This document shows, in pieces, positions 51,223 to 63,778 of a stretch of 64,000 nt of DNA (position 1 is its first letter; every line of letters starts with the position of its first letter). The notes under the pieces were generated by a model. That model did not search any database and was not told where the DNA came from. It saw only the letters and a list, made by a program, of their open reading frames with translations. The position numbers and the translations under genes are program-made. Source of the DNA: Mobula hypostoma (Eukaryota); NCBI RefSeq assembly GCF_963921235.1, contig NC_086097.1, forward strand, positions 31,374,001 to 31,438,000, in the 5' to 3' direction.

Positions 51223-52499
51223 CAACACACATCAAAGTTGTTGGTGAACGCAGCAGGCCAGGCAGCATCTCTAGGAAGAGGTACAGTCGACGTTTCAGGC
51301 AGAGACCCTTCGTCAGGACTAACTGAAGGAAGAGTTAGTAAGAGGAGGGGGAGGGGGAGATCCAAAATGATAGGAGAAGACAGGAGGGGGAGGGATGGAG
51401 CCAAGAGCTGGACAGGTGATTGGCAAAGGGGATATGAGAGGATCATGGGACAGGGGGTCCGGGGAGAAAGACGGGGGGGCGGGGGAAACCCAGAGGATGG
51501 GCAAGGGGTATAGTCAGAGGGACAGAGGGAGAAAGAGAGAGCGAGAGAAAGAATGTGTGTATAAAAATAAATAACGGATGGGGTACGAGGGGGAGGTGGG
51601 GCATTAGCGGAAGTTAGAGAAGTCGCCGTTCATGCCATCAGGTTGGAGGCTACCCAGACGGAATACAAGGTGTTGTTCCTCCAACCTGAGTGTGGCTTCA
51701 TCTTTACAGTGGAGGAGGCCGTGGATAGACATGTCAGAATGGGAATTGGGACGTGGAATTAAAATGTGTGGCCACTCGGAGATCCTGCTTTCTCTGGCGG
51801 ACAGAGCGTAGGTGTTCAGCAAAGCGGTCTCCCAGTCTGCGTCGGGTCTCGCCAACATATAAAAGGCCACATCGGGAGCACCGGACGCAGTATATCACCC
51901 CAGCCAACTCAAAGGTGAAGTGTCGCCTCACCTGGAAGGACTGTCTGGGGCCCTGAATGGTGGTAAGGGAGGAAGTGTAAGGGCATGTGTAGCACTTGTT
52001 CCGCTTACACGGATAAGTGCCAGGAGGGAGATCAGTGGGGAGGGATGGGGGGGAACGAATGGACAAGGGAGTCACATAGGGAGCGATCCCTGCGGAAAGC
52101 GGGGGGGGGGGGAGGGAAAGATGTGCTTAGTGGTGGGATCCCGTTGGAGGTGGCGGAAGATACAGAGAATAATATGTTGGACCCGGAGGCTGGTGGGGTG
52201 GTAGGTGAGGACCAGGGGAACCCTATCCCTAGTGGGGTGGCGGGAGGATGGAGAGAGAGCAGATGTACGTGAAATGGGGGAGATGCGTTTGAGAGCAGAG
52301 TTGATAGTGGAGGAAGGGCAGCCCCTTTCTTTAAAAAAGGAGGACATCTCCCTCGTCCTGGAATGAAAAGCCTCATCCTGAGAGCAGATGCGGCGGAGAC
52401 GGAGGAATTGCGAGAAGGGGATGGCATTTTTGCAAGAAACAGGGTGAGAAGAGGAATAGTCCAGATAGCTGTGAGAGTCAGTAGGCTTATAGTAGAAGT
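51223..52499 (-). mobile_element. Young 5'-truncated Penelope-like element (Neptune type), nested in a Rex1 fragment
   Basis: YYKPTDSHSYLDYSSSHPVSCKNAIPFSQFLRLRRICS (RT thumb), linker CKRNKCYTC, GIY-YIG domain and pLTR; 15-bp TSD with one mismatch, tccttcc(t/c)cttcatg (51208-51222, 52500-52514). Confidence 0.95.
51284..51320 (-). ncRNA. Minimal type-I hammerhead ribozyme motif
   Basis: Minus strand: AGTC CTGACGA AGGGTCTCTGCCT GAAAC GTC GACTG. Confidence 0.75.
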
Positions 52500-53429
52500 T
52501 CCTTCCCCTTCATGACCAGATTTCTGAATGGTCCATGAACCTCATCTTGCTATTCCTATTTCGCTTTTTTTAAAAAAAATACACATTTATGTAATACATG
52601 GTAATTTTTTTTATGTCTTCACAATATATTGCAGCTGCAAAACAACAAATTTCACGTTATACAAGTCAGTGATAATAAAGCTGATTCTGATTCTAATCCG
52701 ATATCAGCCCAGAAATCCCAATGGTCAGACCACAAAAATGTCATAGCAGAATCTTCCCATTCTGCCCATCAAATATGCTTCGCTATTCAATCTGACTTTT
52801 TCCAACCCTATTGTCCCAAAACCTTAACCCCTTTACCTAAAGAGAATGACAGATTACTGAGTGGTAAAATTACCAATCAAGAACTTATCAATCTCTGCCA
52901 ACATCCATCACTTGCTAACTCATTAACACACTAAGTCCACCAATCTGCATTATCATGAAGATGACTGTGTGTTACTGGAAGTGTGGACCAGTTTCGCAGA
53001 CTGAGTGGGCAATACCCAGAGGGTGGGGGAGAATATTCAGGAACTTGGGTGGCTCTGCAGCCACAGCTGAGTTCTGAAGAAGAAATTTACAAGGTGAAAT
53101 TCCCCACTCTCCCTCCAAACCTAACAGAGGGCACTTTCCTGCTCCTTTTGAACCCAAGTTCAGTAGAAAAGTAGATTACTGCGCAGCATGTGTGTTAAAA
53201 CAAAAGTGTCAAGTGTGTTGAGATACCACCAGAAGTCCAGACAGAGGGTCTTCTGGTCCAGCACCAAAATCCCAAGGCTGTTGGATTATCAAAGTCTTAC
53301 TGTGGTTTATTTTCCAAAGCTTAGGTAATGCTAATAGAGGGGAAAAAATTAGCCAATTTCAAAGTGAACTGGGCAGTTCTGATACATGAAAAGAAATTAC
53401 TCACATGTTGTAGAACGTGATCATGAATC

Positions 53430-53700
53430 TAGGAGTCTACAGATGGAGGATGGGTCACTTTCTTTGAGTGTGCTTTGGGCCTTGTCGTAACAGCACAAGC
53501 GGCTACAGATTGATGGGTCAGATTGAGAAGGGCATTCATGTGGCAGGCAGTAGGATATTGATAGAACCCTTCAATATGAACATAGTGGTCACACAATCTG
53601 TGTGTAGTTTTTCCAGTGTACAGGAGACTACTGTGAACACGAAATGCTGTACTTTGGACAGAAAATTGTAGCTGGAAAGCCTGGGTGTTAACATACCAGG
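53430..53700 (-). mobile_element. Ancient Penelope GIY-YIG remnant
   Basis: SSLLYTGKTTHRLCDHYVH..PTACHMN aligns by eye to GLLYIGETRRRLGDRFAEH..VATHFN. Confidence 0.55.
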
Positions 53701-53894
53701 TAATGCATCCTGGACCCAGCACATAACGTAATCATTCAGGAAGTCTGCCAGCATCTTTATTTTCTTAGAAATTTTGACCTAATACCTTCTTAGAAGTACA
53801 GCCTGTCAGTGAACACTCTACCCAACTCCTACAGACGTATAGTTGAAAGTGTTCAGCTAGTTGCATCATGGTCTGGTACAGCAAAGAAGTCCCA

Positions 53895-54450
53895 GCTTAT
53901 CCAGCCCTTCCTCATATCTCAGATCCATCAGTACCCGTAACATTACGGTGAATCTTTTATGAATCCTTTCTAGCTTAATGACATCCTTCCTATAGCTGGT
54001 TGACTAGAACTGCACTAAACACTCCAAGGGTGTCCTTAACAACATCTTGTACAGCTGTAACATGATCCTGTCGTCCTGATGAAGGCAAGCATGCCAAATA
54101 CCTTCTTCATCACCATCTACCTTTGTCACTGCTTTCAGGAAACTAGCTACTAGTACCCCTAGGACTCTGTTCCACTACATTTACTGTACAAGTCTTGCTC
54201 TGGTTAAACTGACCAAAATACAAAAGCTCACACTTGTCAGAGTTGAATTCTATCTGTTATTCCTTGGCCCAGTTCACCTTGATCCTGTTGCAATCTTAGA
54301 TAATCTTCTTCGCTGTCCACTATGTCACCAATTTTGCTGTCACCTGCAAACTATGTTATAAAAGATCGTCATCAACACCTTAATATAGATAACAAACAAC
54401 ATTGGACTCAGCACTGATCATCGTGACACATCACTAGTCACAGGCCTCCA
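53895..54450 (-). mobile_element. CR1-type LINE fragment
   Basis: FAGDSKIG-like and LGVFSAVL (degenerate RPHLEYCVQFW) regions on the minus strand. Confidence 0.65.
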
Positions 54451-55918
54451 ATCCAAACTCGAAAGTCTGAAATGGAGTTTATTGTCATATGCACAAGAAC
54501 AAGCATGTACAGATGCAATGAAAAACTTACTTGCAACAGCATCACAGCATCAGATACACAACATACACAAGAAAAACAAATTAACATACACAATTTTCAC
54601 AAGAACAAAGACAATTAAACTTTAAAAAGTCCACTGTAGCACAACAAAGTCCATGGGTGCCAAAATAACTACACCATAGAGACAGAAACCTTAGTAACTA
54701 CCACCTTCTGACTCCCTCTACAAAGCAATTTTATATCCACCCTGGATTCCATGTGGCCTAACCTTTCCGATCATCTGACACAGTTTAGGTTGTGGGATGT
54801 GGACCAGACAATAAAAACGTACTGCACAGGACCATGTCAAGTTCTGGAACTCCCTCCTTGACATCCCTAATCTCAAAGACTGCATTGGGTCAAGAACGCA
54901 GCTTACCACCTCCTTCTGGAGGCAATTAACTGCTGGCTCGCCCTGTGGAACACACACTTCTTGAACTCAAAAACCAACAAAGCCCCATTATAAATGTCCT
55001 TTCCTGCTTCTGAACTCAATGCCACCTGGTCCACCACAGGCTAGCTTTGAGATCCTTCACCTTGTTTACAAATCTTTATCTGTGCAGCAAAGGAGGACTA
55101 CAGGTGATTTGATGGAGGCCTTTTTCCTAGTACAGAAATAGTTAATATGAGGGGGCATAATTAAAAGGTAAACTGTTGTAAAGGATAAGGAGATGTCAGA
55201 GGTTTTTTTTAAGTAACAAGTGCATAGAATACACTGTCAAAGGTGGTGGTAGAGGCAGATACATTGGGGGCATTTAAGAGACTCTTAGACACATCTTCAT
55301 GTGCCTGGCGCGTTAAACGCTTGGGCGATCATGGCTTTCCACATCGAATGATCCCACACAGCCTCAATGATATCTCGCACACTTAGATCTGTTAGTTCTT
55401 TCACAGTGTCCATATACTTTCTTCTTTGCCTTCCTCTACTGCGTTTCCCAGGCACACTGCCTTGTAATGTAAGGCATTCTATTTCTCCCTTTCTGATGAC
55501 ATAGCCCAGGAATTTAAGTTCTCTCTCATTTAATGTTTCATTAAAGATCTTTTTTGTATGGGCATACTGGAGTACTGTCTCATTAGTTTCCCTATCTCTA
55601 TATGATATTTTCAGCATTCTAAGAAACCACACTTCTGTTGCTTTTAAGTTTCTTTGGAGTTTTGGTGTTGTAGTCTATGTTTCGGAAGCATAGATTAACC
55701 AGATGTAACATTTTAGTACCCCAAGTCTTGTTGTCATAGAAATGTGTCTGTTGGAAAAAATGGGTTTCATTTTTTGGAAGCTGGTTTTGGCAATAGCAAT
55801 TCTTCTTTTTATTTCTACTTTACTTCTAGTATCTTGTGATATAAAGCTACCAAGGTAATTAAAGCTGGTTTTTTGTTCAATCTTTTGGTTACCGATGTAC
55901 AATTGGCAGTTGGGAGTA

Positions 55919-57591
55919 CAGGTGTCCCCCGCTTTTCGAACGTTCGCTTTACGAAACCTCACTGTTACGAAAGACCTACATTAGTTACCTGTTTTCACTA
56001 ACAGAAGGTGTCTTCACTGTTACGAGAAAAAGGCAGCGTGCGGGAAAAGCAGCGCGCGAAAAAAGGCAGTGCGCGTCCCAAGCAGCCGCTCTCCCTGAGA
56101 ACGGCATTCTAGCCGGCATTGCTTAAACATGTGCCCGTGAGCAACTGTTAGCAAGATGAGCTCTAAGGTATCAGAAAAGCCTAAAAGAGCTCGTAAGGGT
56201 GTTACACTTAGCGTAAAACTAGACATAATTAAGCGCTTCGATCGTGGTGAACGAAGTAAGGACAAAGTGAGTTTGGCTTGTGGAAGTTGACGAAGATGCT
56301 GTTGAAGAGGTTTTGGCATCCCATGACCAAGAACTGATAGATGAAGAGCTGATGCAATTGGAAGAGGAAAGGATAACAATCGAAACTGAATGCAGTAGCT
56401 AACGGACCGAAAGTGAAGTCGTCCAGGAACTGAAAGTGAAGCAACTGCGTGAGATTTTCGCTGCAATGATAAAGTATGACTTTAATTTTGAAAAGGTATG
56501 TCGGTTTAAGGTATATTTGCAGGATGGTTTGAGTGCTTCCAAAGAACTGCATGATAGGAAAATGCGCGAGGCTCAGCAGTCAAGCATACTGTCGTTTTTC
56601 AAGTCTTCCACATCAGCCACAGCAGACGACCAACCTCGACCTTAGAGATCGAGGCAGGCAGTCATAGGAGAAGATGAGCTGCCTGCCCTAATGGAAACAG
56701 ACGACGATGAGATGACACCCCAGTGTCCCACCACCCCAACCCCCGGGCCCTGGACAGATACTGATTCGCGGAGAATGCAGCGGTAGCCGGGAGGCACAAA
56801 GCACATCTTTAAGAAAAAAGCCGAAAAAAACATGCTAATTAATTAGGTGCCACCCGGCACGTAATTGTCAGCCCACATCAGAGGCGATGCAATCGGCAAT
56901 CACCTCTGATCGGGGCCGACAATTACATACCAGGCGGCACCTAATTAATTAGCATGTTTATTTCGGCTTTTTTCTTAAAGATGTGCTGGGTGCGTTCCGG
57001 CCACCACTGTACCCCTGCATGCTTCGCAGATCAGTATCGGTTGGCGGACTGGAGGGTGGGGGCCACTGCACCACCCCAACCTGCGATGACTCAACCTAAC
57101 ACACCATCATTAATGTGATCGGCGCTGTCTTCCCAATTCCTGTAAGTGATACTAACCTGTACATACATTATTTCTACTTTATATAGGCTGTGTATCTTTA
57201 CGTGTTACTTGGTATGATTTGGCAGCTTCATAGCTTAAAGGTTACTGGAGAGAGAGTGTTTCGGCCAAAAGCACTTGCGTGAGATTTTCTGCCGAGAGCG
57301 CTTGCGTGAGATTTTCGCTATGGCAAACAGTGCAGGCAATGGTTGTGGAAAAGTATTTCTACTTTATATAGGCTATGTATTTATCATATCATTTCTGCTT
57401 TTACTATATGTTACTGTTATTTTAGGTTTTATGTGTTATTTGGCATGATTTGGTAGGTTATTTTTGGGTCTGCGAACACACACAAATTTTTCCCATATAA
57501 ATAAATGGTAATTGCTTCTTTGCTTTACGACATTCCGGCTTACGAACCGTTTCATAGGAACGCTCTACCTTCCGATGGCAGGGGAAACCTG
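55919..57591 (+). mobile_element. Internally deleted Tigger/pogo transposon
   Basis: TIRs caggtgtcccccgc / gcaggggaaacctg; TA TSD; ATG at 56156 (MSSKVSEKPKRARKGVTLSVKLDIIKRFDRGER, psq HTH) joined to the C-terminus VEEVLASHDQELIDEEL..QQSSILSFFK; DDE domain missing. Confidence 0.93.
56721..57068. mobile_element. Palindromic hAT MITE nested in the Tigger element
   Basis: cagtg..cactg termini; long internal inverted repeat homologous to 63149-63778. Confidence 0.75.
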
Positions 57592-59214
57592 TATCCTGCT
57601 GTTTTGATATTACCATACATTTGGAGTGTGTTTTTTTTTACAGTTGATGGTTAGACCAAAATCTGCACTTGTTTGTACTACTTTGTCTCGGAGGATTTGT
57701 AGGTCTTCTGCAGCACTTGCAACTAGGGTGGTATCATTGGCATATCTTATATTGTTGATATGTGTTAACACCTCCAGTTTCTATCCCATCTAGGTCTTTT
57801 ATTTCTCTGAGAATCATTTCACTGTAGATATTAAATTCCAGTGAGGAACACATCCCTGTCTAACTCCTTTTTGAATTTTAGTCTAACTGCTTATATTATC
57901 ATCAATTTTTACTGCCGCCGTTTGATTCCAATATAAATTTTGAAGCAGTTGTTGGTCCCTTCCGTCAATGTTTTAGTTTAGTGAGAATTTGAAATAATTT
58001 TTCATGCTGCACTTTGTCGAATGCTTTAGTGAAATCAATAAAACATAAAAAGACATCATTTTGATATTCAATTGCCCTTTCTGAAAGCATTCATTAGTAT
58101 GAAAATTGCATTCCTAGTTCCTTTCTGGCCTTAAACTTGTTTTTAATTCGACTCAGAACAATTCTCAACAAAATCTTTATTATGTGACTCACAAGACTGA
58201 TTGTTCTATAATTTTCACAGTCAATAGTTCCAGGAGTTTTTGGCAGGGTTATAAATACTGATTTCAAGAGATCGTCAGGCAATACACCAGACTCATATAT
58301 GCCATTAAACAGTTCAAGAAGAATATCTATGCCCAGATATTCTAGGGCTTGTATTATTTCCACTGAAATTTCATCAGGTCCAGTAGCTTTACCATGTTTC
58401 ACGCTTTTCATTGCTTTAGTTTTTTCTTCTTTGGTAATAGGTGGACCAGAATTAGGGTGTTTAATATCTGGGGGTTCCCCTTTATGGTCTTCAAAAAGCT
58501 GTTCTATATACTGAATCCACCTCTCACATACTTTATCTGGATTTGTTAGTATGGATCCGTCTGCTGATCTTATGCATCCTGTAGAGGTGGTTTTCTTAAT
58601 TCCAGTAATTTCCTTAATTTTCTTGTGCATTTCTTTGCTATTGTCAATATGGCCTTCTACTTCATTGCATTTTTGATTCAGTCATTCTTCCTTCCAATAT
58701 TAGGCAGATGGATGAAAGAAAAATGGAGGGTTATGTGGGAGGGAAAAATCAGATTGATCTCGGAAGGGCCTGCACTGTGCTCTGCCATTCTATGTTCTTC
58801 CTCTCTAGCCTCTTACACATACCACTATCCCTATCTCAGCAATCTTCCAATTCTGGAGTATTGTGAAACACTTAATCACCCACTAGAGAAGGCAATGCCT
58901 CCAGCCTTAATTGGCCAAGGTCCATAATACCTTTCCCAAAATCCTGCAGTGCTCTCTCCTCTTCTTAAAGTGCTTCTTAAACCCTTCCTCCTTGACTAAG
59001 TGTGTGCATTTATTCATTCAAAGATCATTATATTTGGTTTCACAGTAGGTCAAATTCTATTTGGTTTCACATCTGTGAAACCTCCAGTGTTTTGTTTGCA
59101 TGAAGCATACTTTACAAATGCATTACAGAATGCCGCAGGCAATTCCACATATTTTAATTATTCCAAATTGCTACACACCTTACATATGTACGAACATCAA
59201 GATTACAACAAGGG

Positions 59215-59387
59215 CAACACACACAAAATGCTGGTGAAACTTAGCAAGTCAGGCATTCACCTTCCTGATGAAGGCTCTCAGCCCAAAATGTCAACTGTTT
59301 ATTCCCCTCCATAGATGCTACTTGACCTGCTGAGTTCCTCCAGCATTTTGTGTGTTACTCAAGATTTCCAGCATCTGCACAATCTCA
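59215..59387 (+). mobile_element. Old inverted pLTR mini-element with decayed hammerhead
   Basis: Inverted pLTR end joined to cctgatgaaggctctcagcccaaaatgtcaactg. Confidence 0.65.
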
Positions 59388-59639
59388 TTTCTCACAACGC
59401 CAGATACCTGCAGTGTCACTCACTCAGCCTCTCATGACCACTGATTTAGGAAAAACCCAGCTGAAGTTATATGCTATTATATCCACAGTTGTTTAAAGTC
59501 GATCAGAGCAGCATATTCCTCAAATTGACCTTGTCCTTCATAAACAAGGCCATTTTATCCCAGCTTTTAAAGTAGCAAAAACAAGAGAGAAAAGGTTTAA
59601 GGTGAGAGGAATGAGCTTCAAAGAGTCTTTGGGGGGATC

Positions 59640-61110
59640 CACCACATCAAGTCTGCTCCACCATTCCATCATGGCTGATTTATTATCCCTCTCAACCCCA
59701 TCTTCCTGCCTTCTCCTCATAACCTTTCATACTTCTACTAATCAAGAACTATTAACCTCAGCTTTAAATATACTCAATTAGTTGGCCTCCAAAGCCATCG
59801 GTGACAATTGGTTCCATAAATTCAGCACCCTCTAGCTAGAGAAATTAACAGTTAGCATGATGTTATTACAGCTCGGGGCATCAGAGTTCAATCCTGGTGT
59901 CCTCTGGTCGAGACTCCCCCATTATAGGGGATTGCCTCTCCAAGTCCACTCAATCTAGGCCCTTCAATTGTCAATAGGTTTCAATGAGATCTTCCTCCTC
60001 ATTCTTCTGAACTTGAGTACAGGCCAGAGCTACCAAACACTTCTCATATATTAACCCTTTCATTCACTTCTGGACTCTCTCCAATGCCAGCACATCCTTT
60101 CTTAGTTACTTGGCTTAAAACTGCTCACAATACTCCATGCAGTCTGATCTGTGATGTATAAACCCTCAACATTACATCCTTGCTTTTATATTCTTGAATG
60201 GAATGCTAACATTTGCCTTCCTAACCACCAACTCAAGCTGCAAGTTAACCTTCAAGGACATACATAAGGGTGCCAGAAGAGGGCCAGTAATGTCATGAAG
60301 AATCCCACCCACTCTGCTCATGCACTGTTTGTCCCACTCTCATCACGAAGGATGCTACACAGCATCCACGCCAGGACTACCAGACTCAAAAACAGTTATT
60401 TTCCCCAAGCAGCAAGGCTGATCAACACCTCCACCCACTAAACTACCCCTCCATACCCCCAACAACACCATCATTTCCCGTCAGTCACCTTATGCACCGA
60501 CACTCTTGTGTCTAGCGTCACTTTATGGACAATCAATGTATATAAGCTATCTTACACATTTTTTTTATTATTGTGTTCTTTATCTTATTGTGGTTTTATT
60601 GTGCTGCATTGAATCCAGAGTAACAAATACTTCATTCTCCTTTACACTTACGTAATGGAAATGATGTTAAACAATCTTGAATCTCTTAGGGAATCCTACA
60701 CAATGACTCTCAAGTCCCTTTGATCCTACAGAATTTCCTATAGAAAATAGTGCTCGCCTTTTACTCCTTCTAACAAAGTGCATGACCATACACTTCCCGA
60801 CACTGAATTCCATCTGCCACTTCTTTGCCCATTCATCTAATCCATCCAACTCCTTCTACAGACTCCCTGCTTCCTTAATATTACTTGCTCTTTCTACCCA
60901 TCTTTGTATCATCTGCAAACTTGGTTACAAAGCCATCAGTGTAGTCATTGACATATAACGTGAAAACACACAGATCCGACACCAACCCATGCAGAACACC
61001 TCTAATCACTGGCAGCCAACCAGAAAAGGCCAGCTTTATTTCCACTCTGCCTCCTGCCAGTCAGCCAATCTTCTATCCATGCCAGTATCTTTACTGTAAT
61101 ACTATGGGCT
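59640..61110 (-). mobile_element. CR1-type LINE interrupted by a plus-strand Rex1 3' fragment (about 60255-60680)
   Basis: KFADDTK and LDEWAKKWQMEFSVGKC motifs, plus CR1 3' UTR. Confidence 0.78.
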
Positions 61111-61664
61111 CGTTCTTATCTTGTTTAATAGCCTCTTGGACAAGTAACAGACAGAAAAGGTTTATAAGGATATGGGCCAAACCAGGGCAAATGGGAATTA
61201 TGGTTGGCATTGACCAAAAGGCCTGTATCTGTGCTGTATGACTATGACATTTAGACAGGCACTCATAGGCAAGGCATAGAAGAATACTTCCAGTTCAAGG
61301 ACCTAATGCAAAAATGGGATTAGTGTAGATGGGCAAGAAGATTGGCATGGATGGGCCAAACATCTTGCTTCTGTGCTCTATCACTCTGTGAATCTAGAAA
61401 TGATTCAACCACCCATTCTCAGGTTGGTTGTAGCTAATCCCACTAGTCCCAACTCTTCTATTCGACCAATGTGACTAGCAAAAATCCATTTGCCTACATC
61501 TGAATCATAACCCTCTTAACCCTTCCTAATTATGTGTCGGTCCAAATCCCCTTTGAATATCGTAACTGCTACCACTTCCTGAGCAGCTCATTCCATGTTC
61601 TCACCACCCTCTGGGGAAAATCATGCCTCTCAAGTCCCTTTAAATCACCCTAAACCAATGCCAG

Positions 61665-62604
61665 TAATTCTCTGTAACTTTTGCCACCTCCAAAGGGATC
61701 CCACCACATCTTTCCCTACCCCGCCCCCGCTTTCCACAGGGATCACTCCCTACGCAACTCTCTTGTCCATTTGTCCCCCGCATCCCTCCCCACTGATCTC
61801 CCTCATGGCACTTACCCTTGTAAGTGGAACAAGTGCTACACATGCCCTTACACTTCCTCCCTCACCACCATTCAGGGCCCCAGACAGTCCTTCCAGGTGA
61901 GGCAACACTTCACCTGTGAGTCGGCTGGGGTGATATACTGCGTCCGGTGCTCCCGGTGTGGCCTTTTATATATTGGCGAGACCCGATGCAGACTGGGAGA
62001 CCACTTTGCTGAACACCAACGCTCTGTCCGCCAGAGAAAGCAGGATCTCCCAGTGGCCACACATTTTAATTCCACATCCCATTCCCATTCTGACATGTCT
62101 ATCCACAGCCTCCTCTACTGTAAAGATGAAGCCACACTCAGGTTGGAGGAACAACACCTCATATTCCGTCTGGGTAGCCTCCAACCTGATGGCATGAACA
62201 TTGACTTCTCTAACTTCCGCTAATGCCCCACCTCCCCCGCGTACCCCATCCGTTATTTATTTATATACACACATTCTTTCTCTCTCTCTTTCTCCTTTTT
62301 CTCCCTCTGTCACCCCTTGCCCATCCTCTGGTTTTTTTCCCCCCTCCCCCTTTTCTTTCTCCCTAGGCCTCCTGTCCCATGATCCTCTCATATCCCTTTT
62401 GCCAATCAACTGTCCAGCTCTTGGCTCCATCCCTCTCCCTCCTGTCTTCTCCTATCATTTCGGATCTCCCCTCCCCCCCCCCCACTTTCAAATCTCTTAC
62501 TCACTCTTCCTTCAGTTAGTCCTGACGAAGGGTCTCGGCCTGAAACGTCGACTGTACCTCTTCCTAGAGATGCTGCCTGGCCTGCTGCGTTCACCAGCAA
62601 CTTT
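61665..62604 (+). mobile_element. Young 5'-truncated Penelope-like element (Neptune type)
   Basis: ORF 61681-62223: AFHRDHSLRNSLVH..TYPCKWNKCYTC..VIYCVRCSRCGLLYIGET..QPDGMNIDFSNFR*, followed by pLTR. Confidence 0.93.
62518..62554 (+). ncRNA. Minimal type-I hammerhead ribozyme motif
   Basis: AGTC CTGACGA AGGGTCTCGGCCT GAAAC GTC^GACTG; predicted cleavage after 62549. Confidence 0.78.
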
Positions 62605-63148
62605 AATTCTGCCCCTATATCGTATGGTCAATACCAAGTATGGTCTCACCTGGATTTGATTCCTGAGGCCACAAGATTTTTGTCACATGCCTCGAGGTAC
62701 AGTAAAAAATGACTTACTTAGCATCCATACAGATCAAAGCGTAGCAACAGTGAATTGAAGTAGCACAAGATAAAACAATAACAGCGTGCAGAATCAAACA
62801 TTACAGAGAAACTGCTAGGGTGGTGCAGTCGTACATCGGTAAGCATAATGTCATTACAGCGTAGGCAACCTGGATTCAATTCCACTGTCGTTTGTAAGGA
62901 GTTCCTCCATGACTGCGTAGGTTTCCTTGGGTGCTCTGGTCCCTACCACATTCCAAAGTGGACATAATATGTTGGCGCTATAAGCATGGCGAAACTTGCA
63001 AGCCACCACAATCATATCATTACTGTGTTGGTCGTTGATGTAAATGATGCATATCAAAACATACAGTGAAATGCAAGGGACAAATAAAGCTATTTTCTTT
63101 ATGCAGCTGTAATATGACATCCCAACTCTTGTACTCAATCCCCTGATG

Positions 63149-63778
63149 CAGTGGCTCCCACCATCCGGGCCACAGACCGATATCGGGCTGCGAAGCATGC
63201 AGGGGTGCAGTGATAGCCGGAGCGCACCCAGCACAACTTTAAGAAAAAAGACCAAGTAAACAAGCTAATTAATTAGGTGCTGCCTAGAAGCCAGTCTTTA
63301 TTACAGGAACTGAGATAGAGAGGGTCAATAACTTTACATTCTTCAGCAGTAAGGATCGACGTTTCTCTCTCTGAAAAGTGTCAGAGGATCTGTCCTGGGA
63401 CCAGCACGTAACTGTCATTACAAAGAAAGCACAGCAGTGCCTATACTTTATTAGTTTGTGTAGATTCAACATGTCACCTCGATCCTGACAGCCCTGTCTT
63501 TTCAGCCTGTCTGGGCTGACGTTTAAATTGACCAAACAATGGAACAGCTAAAGGCTCCAGCGCCCTGGAAAGAGAAGTGAACATCGCGTAGAGCAAGTGA
63601 AATCGGCAATCGCCTCTGATCTGGGCCGACATTTACGTGCCGGGCGGCACCTAATTAATTAGCTTGTTTATTTCGGCTTTTTTCTTAAAGATGTGCTGGG
63701 TGCGCTCCAGCTACCGCTGCACCCCTGCACGCTTCGCAGCCCGGTATCAGTCCGCGGCCCAGAGGTTGGGGATCACTG
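63149..63778. mobile_element. hAT MITE with nested Rex1 fragment, inserted in a minus-strand CR1 (about 63110-64000)
   Basis: Termini cagtggctccc / ggggatcactg; TSD ccctgatg / ccctgata (7/8); inverted subterminal arms. Confidence 0.85.

Larger units (their letters stand above)
55295..58699 (-). mobile_element. RTE-clade LINE, 5'-truncated, split by a Tigger element
   Basis: KATGPDEI, ENYRTISLVSHIIKIL, CFIDFTKAFD, GVRQGC, IRYANDT, FNYLGS..EIKRRIAIAK and GKRSRGRQRRKYMD motifs; sits in a CR1 3' end with weak TSD ttagacacat / ttaggcagat. Confidence 0.92.

Noticed and set aside
54076..54095. CTGATGA as a hammerhead core
   Set aside because: Antisense CR1 coding sequence; no stem II, GAAA or cleavage site
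55018..55033. Second CTCF-like motif (TGGACCAGGTGGCA, minus strand)
   Set aside because: Weaker match with no supporting context
56156..56645. Domesticated TIGD-like gene
   Set aside because: DDE domain deleted, in-frame stop present, and bounded by TIRs with a TA TSD
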